NCBI GenBank assembly: GCA_918797485.1
Contig: CAKKNE010000002.1
Location: forward strand, 124,001 to 188,000
Reading direction: 5' to 3'
Length of the DNA: 64,000 nt
Origin: Pelagomonas calceolata
Taxonomy: Eukaryota
Shown here: positions 36,657-47,530 of the stretch, in pieces
How the letters are laid out: every line of letters begins with the position of its first letter
Position numbering within the stretch: the stretch's first letter is position 1
Notes under the pieces: model-generated
Seen by the model: only the letters and a program-made list of their open reading frames with translations
Databases searched by the model: none
Told to the model about the DNA's origin: nothing
Translations under genes and position numbers: made by a program

Positions 36657-39600
36657 TTACCTTTTCCGCGCGTCCGGCTTTCGCCCCGAGCCCTTCGCCG
36701 TGCGAGCCTTCGCGGCGCGCGCGCCGCCGCCGCCATTCTCCGCGGACAGCCGCTTGAGCGCGTCCTTTTGCTCCGCGCGCTGTCGCGCCTCCGCCTCGGC
36801 CCGCGCGAGGGCCTTCGCCGCGGCCGCGCTTCGCTCGGCGGCGACCTCTCGGACGGCCGCGCCGTCGGCGAGCGCGCTGAGCACCGTCGACCCGAGGAGC
36901 CCGTCCGCCGCGAGCGCCCCCTCGCGCTCTTCGAGAAGCGCCCAGCACTTTTCGAGCGCGACGCGCCCGTGCAGGAGGGTCTCCCGAATCCGTTTGTCGT
37001 CCGCGTCGCGCTCGGCCTTCGACGCGGCCCAGGGCGGCCCCCCGAGCTCGCCGTCCTCGAGCGCCTGCAGCGCCCGCGCCGCGTCTCCGTGCCGCGCGAC
37101 GAAGCGCGCGTACGCCGCGCGACTGAGATCGCGCGGCGCCGGCCGGTCGCCGTCGGCGAGCGCCTTGACGAGCGCCTGGCAGGGCCGCGGCAGGGCGGCG
37201 AGCTCCACGCCCGACGCGTCGCCGGCGTCGCGGCGGCGGCGGCTCAGGTTGCCGAATCGGAGGGCGCACACTTCGAGGATCGCGCGGGGCCGCTCGTCGC
37301 CGCGGAGCGGCCGGGCGGCTTCGAGCGCCGCGGCGTCGCCGTCGGCCGCGCCTTCGCCGGCGGCCCGGCGGAGCACGGCCCGCGCGAGGCTCGCGCACTC
37401 CGCGAGCGCGTCCTCGTCGGCCTCCTGTCGCGCGCTGAGGCGGCCGGCGCGGCGCCGATGGTCGGCGAGCTGGCGGAGCGTCGAGATGCGGCGGTTCGCC
37501 AACATGGCCCCGGCCTCGGGCCGCCCCGCGCGCCGCGCCAGCGCGCCCGCGGTCACCCCGGCCCAGGGGTCCGCGGGAGAAAACCAGAGCCACGGCTCGG
37601 CGCCGCCCGCGGGCGGCCCGGCCGTGGAGGCCACCGCGCCGAGCACGTCGGCGACGGCGCCGCACGAGCGGTACGCGCCGAGCCGCGCTCGCTTGGCGGC
37701 CGCGACCGCCGCGCGCGCGAGCGCGAGGCGCGCGCGCGACCGCTGCGTGCGCTGGATCGTCGCGGCGGCGACGGCGAAGGCGCCGGCGGCGCGCTCGACG
37801 CGCCGCAGCGCCGACCGCGTGAGCCACCCGCGGCCGCGCGCCTGGATCGGCGCCGCCCAGACGTGGAGCGCGCGGCGGTAGTCGTTGAGCCGCGACAGCA
37901 GCGCGTCGCGGAGCGGGCGGTCGACGGCGCGGCCGACGAACGTCTCCTTGCGGCGCTCGCGGCGCGCGCGCGCGGCGAGGCGCGCCTGCCACCCGCGGAC
38001 GGCCGTCTGCGCCGTGACGGCCGCGGCGGCGTTCCGCAGCCGCGCGCGCGTGAGCTGCCCGTTGATGACGGCCTGGATCGTCGCGGCGGCGTCCTCGCGC
38101 GCCGCCGCCTCGAGCCGCTCCTCGCCGGCCTCGAAGCGCGCGATCGCGTGCTCGAGGTGCCGGAGGAAGCGCCCGGGCAGCGCGCGCCACCAGCAGAAGG
38201 CGATGCGCCGCGAGCTGTCGTGGCGGTGGTTCATGCGCGCCGTCAGGAAGCACCGGATCTTGCGGCGGGCCCACTTCTGGCGCCGCAGCCGCATGACGTA
38301 GTCGTGCGAGTCGTAGCGGAGCCACGCGCCCTGGACGCGCCGCGCGGCGGCGTTGGCGACGCGCCCGCGGTGCGCGCCGTGGCGCTTCTTGACGAGCGTC
38401 GCGGCCTTGCCGCGCATGTAGCGCCGCATGAGCTTCTCGTGCGCCTTGTCGTCCTCGTCCGTCGTCCGGAGGCACCCCAGCAGCAGGAACGTCGTGAACG
38501 CGTCGCGGTTGCGGTACCAGGCGCACTGGAGCCGCAGCGCGCAGCGCTCCTCCTTCGCGAGCTCGCGCTTGTGCGCGGCGACGGCCTCGCGCGCGAGGCA
38601 GCCGCGCAGGTAGCGCTGCGCCGTCCGCGGCGCGACGACGGCGTCCTCGCGCGCGCGCCGCCGCGCCGCGCGCGCGCGCGCCGCCCGCAGGCGGCCGAGG
38701 TGGCCGCGGACGGTCCGCGCGACGGTCCGCGCCGCCGCGCGCGCGCGCAGGAACGGCCGCCGCGCGAGGAACATGTGCGCCGAGGCCTCGACGCAGATCG
38801 CGGCGTTGCGGAGGCGCGCGTAGCGCCGGCGGACGGGCCACATGCGGTAGAGCGCGACGAAGACCGTCGCCGCGCGCAGCGCGAGGAGGTAGTAGCCGCG
38901 CCACTCGTTGCGGCGCTGGCGCGCCTGGATGACCGTCGCGGCGAACCACATCTCGCGCCGCTCGGCGCGGACGCGGTCGTCGAGGCGGAACGCGCAGTCC
39001 GCGGCGGCGCGCGCCTCGCCGAGCGCGACGGCGGCGAACGCGTAGAGCGGGTTCGCGTCGTGCGCGGCGACGAAGCGCGCGCGCTCGCGCGCGCGGCGGT
39101 AGCACGTCTGCACGCGGAGCGCGCCGGCCGCGCGCTCGAAGAAGATGGCCCAGCCCGTCCGCGAGACCCACTTGTGGAGGCACCGCGTGGCGCCGCGGCG
39201 CCGGCACCGCGCGAGGAAGCGGCCGAGCTTCTGCGCGCCCGCGTGCCGCGCGTACGCGACGCGCGCCTCGGCGCGCCGCAGCTCGAGGCCCGCGACGCGC
39301 CAGAGCGCGAGCGCCGCCGTCCGCTGCGCGCGCTCGAACTCCTCGACCCAGCGCCCCAGCGCCGCCCGCAGCCGGTCGCGCACGGCCGCGGCGGCCGCCG
39401 CCGCCGTCGCGCCGCCGCAGAAGGCGCTCGCGAGCAGCCGCAGCGGCAGCGCGCGGAGCTGCGCGTCGACGCGCGCGTGCGCCTCGACGCGGTGCGTCGC
39501 CGCCGCCTTGGCCTCGGCGCGCAGCATGACGTCGCGCGACGCCGCGACGCGCGCCATCGCCGCGTCGTCGCCCGGCGCCCACGCCTCCACGGGCCCGTGC

Positions 39601-40150
39601 TGGACGATCGCGCGCGTCCGCGCGGCGCGCCACGCGGCCTTGGCCTCGGCGGCGGCGCGCCGCAGCGTGCGCGTCGCCTCCTTGCGCTCCGCGCGCGCCG
39701 CGGCGACCGCCGGCCGGAACGCCGGCGGCGCGCCGGCGGCCGCGCGCGCGCCGGCGCGCGCCTCGGCGGCGGCGACGCGCGCGACGGCGCGGCGCTCGTC
39801 GTCGCCGCCGTCGTAGAGCGCGAGCGCCGCGGGCAGCGCGCCGCCCGCGGCCTCCGGCGCGTCCGCGTCCACGGCCGTCCGCCGCGCCTCGCGCGCCGCG
39901 TACGAGTCCCAGCCGCCGACCGCCGGCGGCGACATGGCCTCGCGCGGCGCGCCGGCGCGCGACGGCGACGACGCCGACCAGAGGCTCGTGCCGCGGCCGA
40001 GGCTGCTGCCGCCGTCGAGCGTCGCGGGCGGCGTCGGCCGCGCGCCGCGCCGCGGCGTCCACGCGACCGCGCGCTCGACGCTCGCCGCGGAGACGGCGAC
40101 GAGCGGCTCCGCCGCCGGGGGCGCCTCGGCCGAGAGCGGCGCGGCGGCGA

Positions 40151-40184
<34 letters not shown>

Positions 40185-41657
40185 AGTCGCGAGTGCGAGC
40201 GGGGCGGTGGGCCGCGCCGGCGCCGCGGCCGCCGTCAGGAGCGAAGGCGGCGCCGTCGCCGTCAGGGCCGGGGGGCGCGCGAGCGGCGCGAGCGCCGGCT
40301 CGAGCCACGCGGGCCGCCGCGCGGCGCGCGCGGCGTCGGGAAGCAGCGCGCGGAGCGCGGCGGCCCGCGGGTGCGCGGGGTCGCGGAGCGCCATGCCCGC
40401 GTAGGTCCGGAGCGCGGCGACGCGCTCGTACTCGTCGAGGACGGCGTCGGACGTCGCGGGCCGCCGCGCGCGCTCGACGGCGTCGCGCGCGCGCGGCGGG
40501 ACGGCGAGCGGGTCGCCGCGCGACGGCCTCGGCCGCGGCGCGGCGACGACGAGCTGCGGCGCGCGGTAGCCGAGCGCCGCGTCGGCGTCGAGCGGCGCGC
40601 CCGGCGCCGAGCCGGAGCGGCGGAGCGGCGCGCGCGCGAGGTCGCGCGGCGCCGCGACGTCGTCGAGGAAGGCGACCATCGGCCGCCGCCGCCGCGGCGG
40701 CGCGACCGCCGCGCGGTACGCGCCGCGCCGCGTCCGCACGTAGCCGCCGGGCGCGTTCGCGCGCGCGACCGACCGCCGGTGGTCGTAGCGCGGCACCGCG
40801 GCCGCGGCGGACGCGGCGCGCGCGTCGAGCTTCTGGACGTAGGCGGCGAGCGCGTGCGACATGGTCACGGTGCCTGGCTTGGGCTGCGACCGCTCGACGG
40901 CCTCGACCTTGGCCTCGACGCCGCGGTCCGGGTCCGACGCGGCGTTCAGCGCCGCCAGCGCCGCCTCCGCGTCAAAAAAGGTGTCTTCCGTTGGCGCCGA
41001 GTCCTCCGGCGCGTCCCCGCCGTCGCTGGCGTCGGCGTCGTCGGCGTCCGCCGCCTCCGAGGCGAGGCGCCGCGCGACCTCGGCGCGTGCGGCCGCGAGC
41101 TCGCGGTTCAGCTCGTCGCGCGCGCGGCGCTTCTTCCGCGCGAGCGCGTGCCGCATGACCTTGGCCCGCGCGAGCACGCTCTCGGGCTCGGCCGGCAGGT
41201 GCCGGAGCGGCTCGCGCGCGCTGGGCGCCGCCGCGCGGTCGCCGGCCGCGAGCAGCTCGACGAGGCCGAGCACCGTCGCGCAGTTCTGCCGCGCCGTCCG
41301 CGCGTCGGCGACGGTGAGCTCGGCGCCCGGCGGCGCCGGCCGCGCCGTGGCCTCGCCGGGCGGCGGCGCCTTGATCGACCAGACCTGCCAGAGGCGCTGC
41401 TGCTTCGACGCGTACCCCACGAGCTCCAGCAGCGCGTCCATGAGCGGCGCGGCGCCCGCGGCCAGGCCGCCGACGGGGAGGCCCTGCCGCCTGATCGTCT
41501 CGATCTCCCGGCCGAGGTCGCTCGCGGCTTTGATGCGAGCCCACGTCGTCGCCGAGCCGTCGAGCACGGTAGCAACGTGGTCCTCGGCCCGCGCCGCGGC
41601 CGTGGGAGGCGCGGGCTTGCCCGCCGGCGGCGGCGGCGCCCTCAAAGACTTAATCAT
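36657..41657 (-). CDS. 1666 aa IQ-motif (calmodulin-binding) repeat protein
   Basis: Repeated IQ-like motifs: ALRVQTCYRR, AATVIQARQRR, ALRLQCAWYR, ARRVQGAWLR, AATIQAVING, APIQARGRGWLTR, AATIQRTQRSRAR. Confidence 0.75.
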
Positions 41658-42124
41658 CCAACAGCGACGTGTTACATGAGCTCAATCTGACAAGGGAGGG
41701 CGCGCCTCGCGCGTGCCGCCCATAAGGACAGGCTGCCTCATTATTAGCCTAGAGTTAATGCCGATAAAGTCCCGATGTATCTTCCACTGGCAAGTATAGA
41801 GTAGGGGGTCGAGCCCGCCGGCCGGCATTTCATCCTACCCCACTCTATCACTATTCGAGTCGAACTCCTGTCGTCTGTTGAAGTATATGGTATTTATGAT
41901 CATGCTGGTTCGCCCTCGGGTCGGGCCGTGACCTTGTGAGAGTGACTCACTGGCAGGCTCCGAGTCCGAGCCACGGTCACCGGCATCATGATGACTGGCC
42001 ACTGGCACCGTCCGAGTCAGCCACGGTCACGGTGACCTGGGGGCCGGGGCCCGGCGGGGGGGGCGGCGGCAGGTCCTCACCCGGTCTCACCGTGACCGCC
42101 TAGTCCATTAACTTAAATCTATTG

Positions 42125-42904
42125 CTACACGAGCCCCACGCGGTCGCCATCGATGTGAAAAAGATTCTCGCGCTGCCGGAGGAATGCTTTCAACTTGACC
42201 GACAGGCCGGCCGGCCGCTTGCAGGCGTTTCCTACCTTGGAGAGCGGCGACGACCCGTTCTGCTTGAGGAATTGAACGACCGCCGCCTCGAACACGGCAT
42301 CCGGTTTCGCCGATGGGGTTGGCCGCTTCGGCACCGGCGTCGCCGAGGCCGCCTCGGCGGCCTTGCGCTTTTTTTGCTTCGCGGCGGGTGCGGGCATTGG
42401 TGCGGCGCGCTTCAGGAGGGGCTGGACGCCCATTTCGCCGTCGTCGTCGGAGGACTCGGCGAACATGAGGTCCGGGTCGAAGCTCTCGTCGTCGCTGTCG
42501 CTGTCGTCGGCCTCGACCAGCCTCGCCGTCCCGTGCCTGGTGCGCGCCAGCTCCGTCGACGTCCCCACCTGGTAGTCCGAGTCCGAGTCCGAGTCCGAGT
42601 CGAGCGTGTACTCGGGCGGCAGCGTCACGTAGCCCGTCACGTGCACCGTCGCGCCGCTGGTGGTAAACTCGAGGGCTTCGTTCCCGGCGGTCAGCTTGAG
42701 GTCGACCCTCTGGAAGTCCGCTACGCCCGGAGAAAGCACCGCCAGCGTGAACGTGTCGCCGTCGTCCGGCCGGACCGAGACGACCGAGCGCCGGTTGCCC
42801 TCGCCCACCGCGCAGGCCATCGTCAGGTTGATCTCCGCGACCGGGTCCGCTTTCACGAGCGCGGGCTTGTCCTCACGGATCACAAACCCGAAGAAGGACG
42901 ACAT
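42125..42904 (-). CDS. Nucleoplasmin-like (NPL) domain protein with acidic tract and C-terminal winged-helix-like domain
   Basis: N-terminal SFFGFVI...INLTMAC...TLAVLSP...VHVTGY is typical of NPL domains, followed by D/S-rich tracts and a basic NLS-like KQKKRK. Confidence 0.8.
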   Translation of the reverse strand: MSSFFGFVIREDKPALVKADPVAEINLTMACAVGEGNRRSVVSVRPDDGDTFTLAVLSPGVADFQRVDLKLTAGNEALEFTTSGATVHVTGYVTLPPEYTLDSDSDSDSDYQVGTSTELARTRHGTARLVEADDSDSDDESFDPDLMFAESSDDDGEMGVQPLLKRAAPMPAPAAKQKKRKAAEAASATPVPKRPTPSAKPDAVFEAAVVQFLKQNGSSPLSKVGNACKRPAGLSVKLKAFLRQRENLFHIDGDRVGLV

Positions 42905-43348
42905 CGTGCGAATCGGCTAACCCCTCGGGAGCAGGCCGCGCGCGCAATGCGTCAGCGCCCGGAGCAATGGCCAGCTATCGATTAGCCGTAGCTTTTACTC
43001 TGCAGCCTACGGTCTACGAGCTACCACGGTACCATGGTACCGTGGTAGTACTTCGGTAGTGCCCGTACAGCTAGAGTACATTACGGTCCAATTTACGGAA
43101 GACCTAATGGGAGTTCAAGTTCACCGCAATCCCGAAATCCCGACATCCCGAACCCGAAATAAACAAAATTTAGAAAGAGCCTGGAGAATCATATCCGAGT
43201 CGCTAAATTAAGAAATCATTAACTAAAACAACTTGAAATTCCGAATTATTTCCAATTCTCACGGTGGAACACCTAATTATAGCCTGAGGAATTCCCGGGC
43301 CACTGACTGGCACATGTAAAACCCCCGATTCCAAGTACTAGTAGCATC

Positions 43349-43830
43349 CGCGCCAAAACAACCAAGGGAGGGTGGGAGGGCCAAAATTCTTGCTCCTTTG
43401 TCCTGCGCTCTCACAATCGGAGCGCTATGGGACACGAGCAAGTATAAGAAGGTATCTTGTAGCGAGCCACTAGGTGTGACGATATTGCTACCAAGATACC
43501 ACGGCCCGGGGCCGGGACTCGGAGCGCCGACGAGAGCAAGTATAAGAAAGTATCTTCGTAGCGAGCCACTAGATGTGACGATATTCCTACTGAACTATGG
43601 ATACCTACCGTGGTACCACGGTACCTACTGCGGTACGGTACCGTAGGTATTTCACTACCGCAGTAGACTCGGACCACTGGCACTTTTATCCGGCCGGGTA
43701 TTCCAGATATAACCGAAGTAACTAGGATAGGGAGGCCAAAGCAAAGTTGGGGGATTTTTGAGTGAAAAAGGAGGCCGCCGCCAAGAAGGCTGCCAGCGGA
43801 CGACAACCCCTGGGACCCCCGGGCCCGCGC
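43349..43830. repeat. Dispersed mosaic repeat with modules shared with 62230-62931 in inverted orientation
   Basis: 43349-43500 is the reverse complement of ~62626-62780. 43645-43830 is a diverged reverse complement of ~62785-62931. Internal partial duplication at ~43535-43585. Confidence 0.8.
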
Positions 43831-43901
43831 ACTGGCAGCAAACACCGAGACAGGAGAAAAATAAATTCACATGATGAGGACGGAAGCCTCTGAACTTTTG
43901 A

Positions 43902-44477
43902 TTACGCGGTCAGGTGCGTCGCGATCCGCGTGAGCTGGGCGAGCTGCTCGAAGCTCTCGAAGGCGGGCGCGGCCGGAGCCGGCGGTCTGGGGACGAGCGT
44001 CGCCTCCTGGGCGCGGTAGACCCAGCCGCGCGCGCGGCACGCCTCGAGCGCGACCTGGTCCGACTGCGCGAGCGCCGCGGCGACCTTGGCGAGCCGGATC
44101 TCGAGGTAGGCGGCGCCGATGACGTCTAGCTCGCGGCGGCGCGCGCTCGCGGCCGCCTCCGCCGCGAGCGGCGCGGCGGCGGCGCCCCAGGGCCCGGCGT
44201 CGAGCGCCGCCAGCGCCGAGGGCACGGCCGCGCGGCCCCGGAGCGCCGCGGCCGCGGCCCACGCGCCGCGGAGGTCCCCCGACGCCGCGCGCGCGGCCTC
44301 GGGCGTCCGCCGCCATAAATGGCGCGCGTCCTCGAGCTGGTCCGCAGAGATGTAGGCGAGCATCAGGGTCGCGGCGGCGGCGCCCAGCGCGACCGGCTCG
44401 CCCGCGTCGGCGGCCTGGAGCTCGGCGTCTTCGAGCGTCGCCGTTGCGCTGTCGGCCGTCGTGTCCATGGCCGCCAT
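43902..44477 (-). CDS. CSN8: COP9 signalosome subunit 8-like protein
   Basis: 191 aa with LAYISADQLEDARHLWRRTP, AAYLEI, RGW and FEQLAQLT, matching the CSN8/PCI pattern. Confidence 0.75.
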   Translation of the reverse strand: MAAMDTTADSATATLEDAELQAADAGEPVALGAAAATLMLAYISADQLEDARHLWRRTPEAARAASGDLRGAWAAAAALRGRAAVPSALAALDAGPWGAAAAPLAAEAAASARRRELDVIGAAYLEIRLAKVAAALAQSDQVALEACRARGWVYRAQEATLVPRPPAPAAPAFESFEQLAQLTRIATHLTA

Positions 44478-44701
44478 GATTTGGCCAGTTATATATGTCG
44501 CGGCGCGGCACTTCCTTCGGCACTCAGGTGGGCCTGCTCGACTCGAGCTCGATGCGCTAATACAACAATTCGGGTTTTTGGAGCCCGTGACTCTCTCTGT
44601 CTTTCGACACGCGTGCAACGCGTTCTTATCCTTCGTCCCTCGTCCAAAACTCCGAGTCATCCAAATGCAAGCCCGGCGGACTCAGCCCGCGGGCTAGTAA
44701 A

Positions 44702-45894
44702 AAAAAGGTATAAACTCCTTCCGGGTCAGCTGCCCTGAGGGCAGCTAACCCTGTAGGAGTTCATGCCTTTTCCCCTGCCGGGGGCTGCTCCGCAAGGGTG
44801 CCAAATCCGGCGTGGGGGGTGATGGTTCGGGGTTTAAGACTTTTTTATTATAAACCACTGATTTCGGGTTTTGGGGGGAAACCATGGTCAAAGCAGCCTC
44901 TCTTTAGGTCTAAGTTGCCTTCACTTAGACTAGGCATAGCCACGCCCCCTCCGGGGGCGTGGAGGGGGGCGAAAACCCGCACGTAAATATTGTATAATAA
45001 AAACCACAAAAAAAAGTATCGGGTTTTAAACCGATGGTTTATTTTGCCGAGACGGCGTGGGAGGGGGTTGAGATGGTATGGGTTTTGCCTAGACGGCGTG
45101 TAAGATGGCTTAAGACGGAACCGAACTTCGCTTTCGCTCGTTCGGTTTTTTCTTTTTGATACATCTTGTATAAACTCCCCCCAGAACATATAAAAGATAA
45201 TGGCAAAAATTGATTACTCAGGGGGATAAGGGGTTCAGGCAGGGGGGTTTAGGGTAGTATCACTTTTTTGTATGTTGTAAAGTTCAGGGATATAAAGTAT
45301 TAGCTGACGATAAGCTACAGAAGACTATTGTCGACACTGGATGCTCAATAGACATGTTTCATCCAAAAGTTAGGGATGGATTATCTGGTCAAAACTACAA
45401 ATTGGACAATCCTATTGAAATCCTACAAGGCAGCGGATCTGTTTCCACCAATCAACTAGCGAAAGCGAAGTTCGGTTCCGTCTTAAGCCATCTTACACGC
45501 CGTCTAGGCAAAACCCATACCATCTCAACCCCCTCCCACGCCGTCTCGGCAAAATAAACCATCGGTTTAAAACCCGATACTTTTTTTTGTGGTTTTTATT
45601 ATACAATATTTACGTGCGGGTTTTCGCCCCCCTCCACGCCCCCGGAGGGGGCGTGGCCACGCCTAGTCTAAGTGAAGGCAACTTAGACCTAAAGAGAGGC
45701 TGCTTTGACCATGGTTTCCCCCCAAAACCCGAAATCAGTGGTTTATAATAAAAAAGTCTTAAACCCCGAACCATCACCCCCCACGCCGGATTTGGCACCC
45801 TTGCGGAGCAGCCCCCGGCAGGGGAAAAGGCATGAACTCCTACAGGGTTAGCTGCCCTCAGGGCAGCTGACCCGGAAGGAGTTTATACCTTTTT
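44702..45894. mobile_element. Fold-back element with 437 bp terminal inverted repeats and a 319 bp spacer
   Basis: 44702-45138 is the reverse complement of 45458-45894 (two mismatches seen). AT-rich; the spacer encodes a retropepsin-like fragment. Confidence 0.85.
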
Positions 45895-45946
45895 CTAGAA
45901 GTAGACTGCGAATTTCAAGAACTCATTCAGTAAACAAACACACAGA

Positions 45947-47206
45947 CTACTCTGCAACAACGCGCATAAACTCGGCCTCGTCGGCGTGCGGCTCCGTCAG
46001 CGCGGCGTAGAGGTCGTGGGGTTGCCGGCGTAGCCCCCGCGCGAGAGCCGCGTTGATCTCCTCGGCCGTCGACCATGCGAGCGTCCCGGTCGCCGCGTTG
46101 ATGACCTCCCACGGCGCGCCGCCGCGCGCGCGCGGCGCAACTCGCGCCTGCGCGACGCTGTAGCCGTGCTGGAGCTTGAAACGCGTGTAGCCGAGGCTGG
46201 TCAGGAGGTCCATGGCGCTCTTGTCCTCGATCATGACGTAGTGGGGTCGAGCCGCCGGATCGGCCGCGAGGCTCTCGACGCAAGCGCGATCGAGGCCCTC
46301 GATATCGACCTTGAGGACCGTCGGGAGGCCGTGCTCGCGGATTAGTGCGAGGCACGTCGTCGTGGGGACGCGGATCTCGGCGCAGCCCCCGAGCCGCCTG
46401 CACTTCGCTGCGATGCCGGGATCCAGCGACGCGACTTCGCTATTGCCGCGCCGCGGGACGCGGAGAATGGCTGGCTCGGCCGTCGCGCGCGCGACGATGG
46501 CGCGTCGGACGACGACGAGGGACGAGTCCTCGGTCGCGCGGCGGAGAGCCGGGGTGGTCGTAGCGGCGCGCGCGACCGCAGGGTTTGCCTCGACCGCCAA
46601 GACGCGCCAGCCTCGCGAGAGGAAAAGCCGCGTGTCCTCGCCGCCGGCGAGTCCCACGTCGAAGACGAGTGTCGACGACCGCGCGGGCCACGCCGCACCG
46701 TACACGTCGCAGCCCTGCTCGACCCAAACCCGCACGGCCTCCGCGCCGCCGGGCCCGGCGAGCGCCCGGCGCCGCGCATCGAGGCAATTGCGTGACGCGG
46801 ACACCCACCAATCCGGGGCGCCTGCCACATCAAACGCGTGGTCCCGCTTGAGCGTCGCGTCGCGGTTGAGGCACTTGCGGCCGCAAGCGACGTCCTTCGA
46901 CGGCCGCGAGAACCCCACGCACCACGCGAGCGCCGCGCACCGCACCTGCGCCGCACTGCACGCGAAGTCCGTGCACGCGACCACACAAGTTCCAACGCCA
47001 CCTTCGCAAGCCGAGTCCTGCCCCAGTAGGGACGCGGCGCGCGCCTGCTGAGGCGGCTCCCACGCGATGATCCGCTTCCCGCCCACCCCGATCTCGCGCG
47101 CCCACGTTGGCTCGGGGCTCGCTCTCGCGCTGCCGGCGGCTGCCAGAATCACACAGAGCACGACGGTTGATCGTCGGCCTCGCGAACACAAGCAGCGCAC
47201 GGACAT
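45947..47206 (-). CDS. FkbM-family SAM methyltransferase with N-terminal signal/anchor
   Basis: LVFDVGLAGGEDT...VLAVEANP...VLKVDIEG. Confidence 0.85.
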   Translation of the reverse strand: MSVRCLCSRGRRSTVVLCVILAAAGSARASPEPTWAREIGVGGKRIIAWEPPQQARAASLLGQDSACEGGVGTCVVACTDFACSAAQVRCAALAWCVGFSRPSKDVACGRKCLNRDATLKRDHAFDVAGAPDWWVSASRNCLDARRRALAGPGGAEAVRVWVEQGCDVYGAAWPARSSTLVFDVGLAGGEDTRLFLSRGWRVLAVEANPAVARAATTTPALRRATEDSSLVVVRRAIVARATAEPAILRVPRRGNSEVASLDPGIAAKCRRLGGCAEIRVPTTTCLALIREHGLPTVLKVDIEGLDRACVESLAADPAARPHYVMIEDKSAMDLLTSLGYTRFKLQHGYSVAQARVAPRARGGAPWEVINAATGTLAWSTAEEINAALARGLRRQPHDLYAALTEPHADEAEFMRVVAE

Positions 47207-47530
47207 GGCTCAAGAGTAAGTAAAAGAGTACACCAGGACCGATTTGTCCGCCCCCGCAGTAAACTCCTCTACGTCTCCCACAGCGTGGTCACCTACCTCA
47301 CGCACGCCGTTTAATCTTTGCTCCTGCTGTTGCCCTTCCTACCAGGAGTACGAGACTCGTCGAGAGATGTACGAGCTTGTACTGGTACAAGCTCGTATCT
47401 TTAACTCTGTCGTTGCGGGACAGTCTGACTTTCGGACAGTCTGAAACGCGTGATATTTGCGCTTCATTGTTACTATGGTGAATAGATGTCGTGATGACCT
47501 CCGAATGCTCGAGAATGGTGTTAAAAAAGG

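Noticed and set aside
30731..41690. Very long overlapping ORFs (1829, 1695, 1219, 1113 aa) in alternative frames and strands
   Set aside because: Arg/Gly/Ala-rich shadow frames caused by extreme GC content. Only parts of the 1829 aa frame are real exons.
45200..45256. AAAATTGA giant-virus early promoter motif and a single TTTAGGG telomere word in the fold-back spacer
   Set aside because: Single short words in AT-rich DNA are not significant alone.
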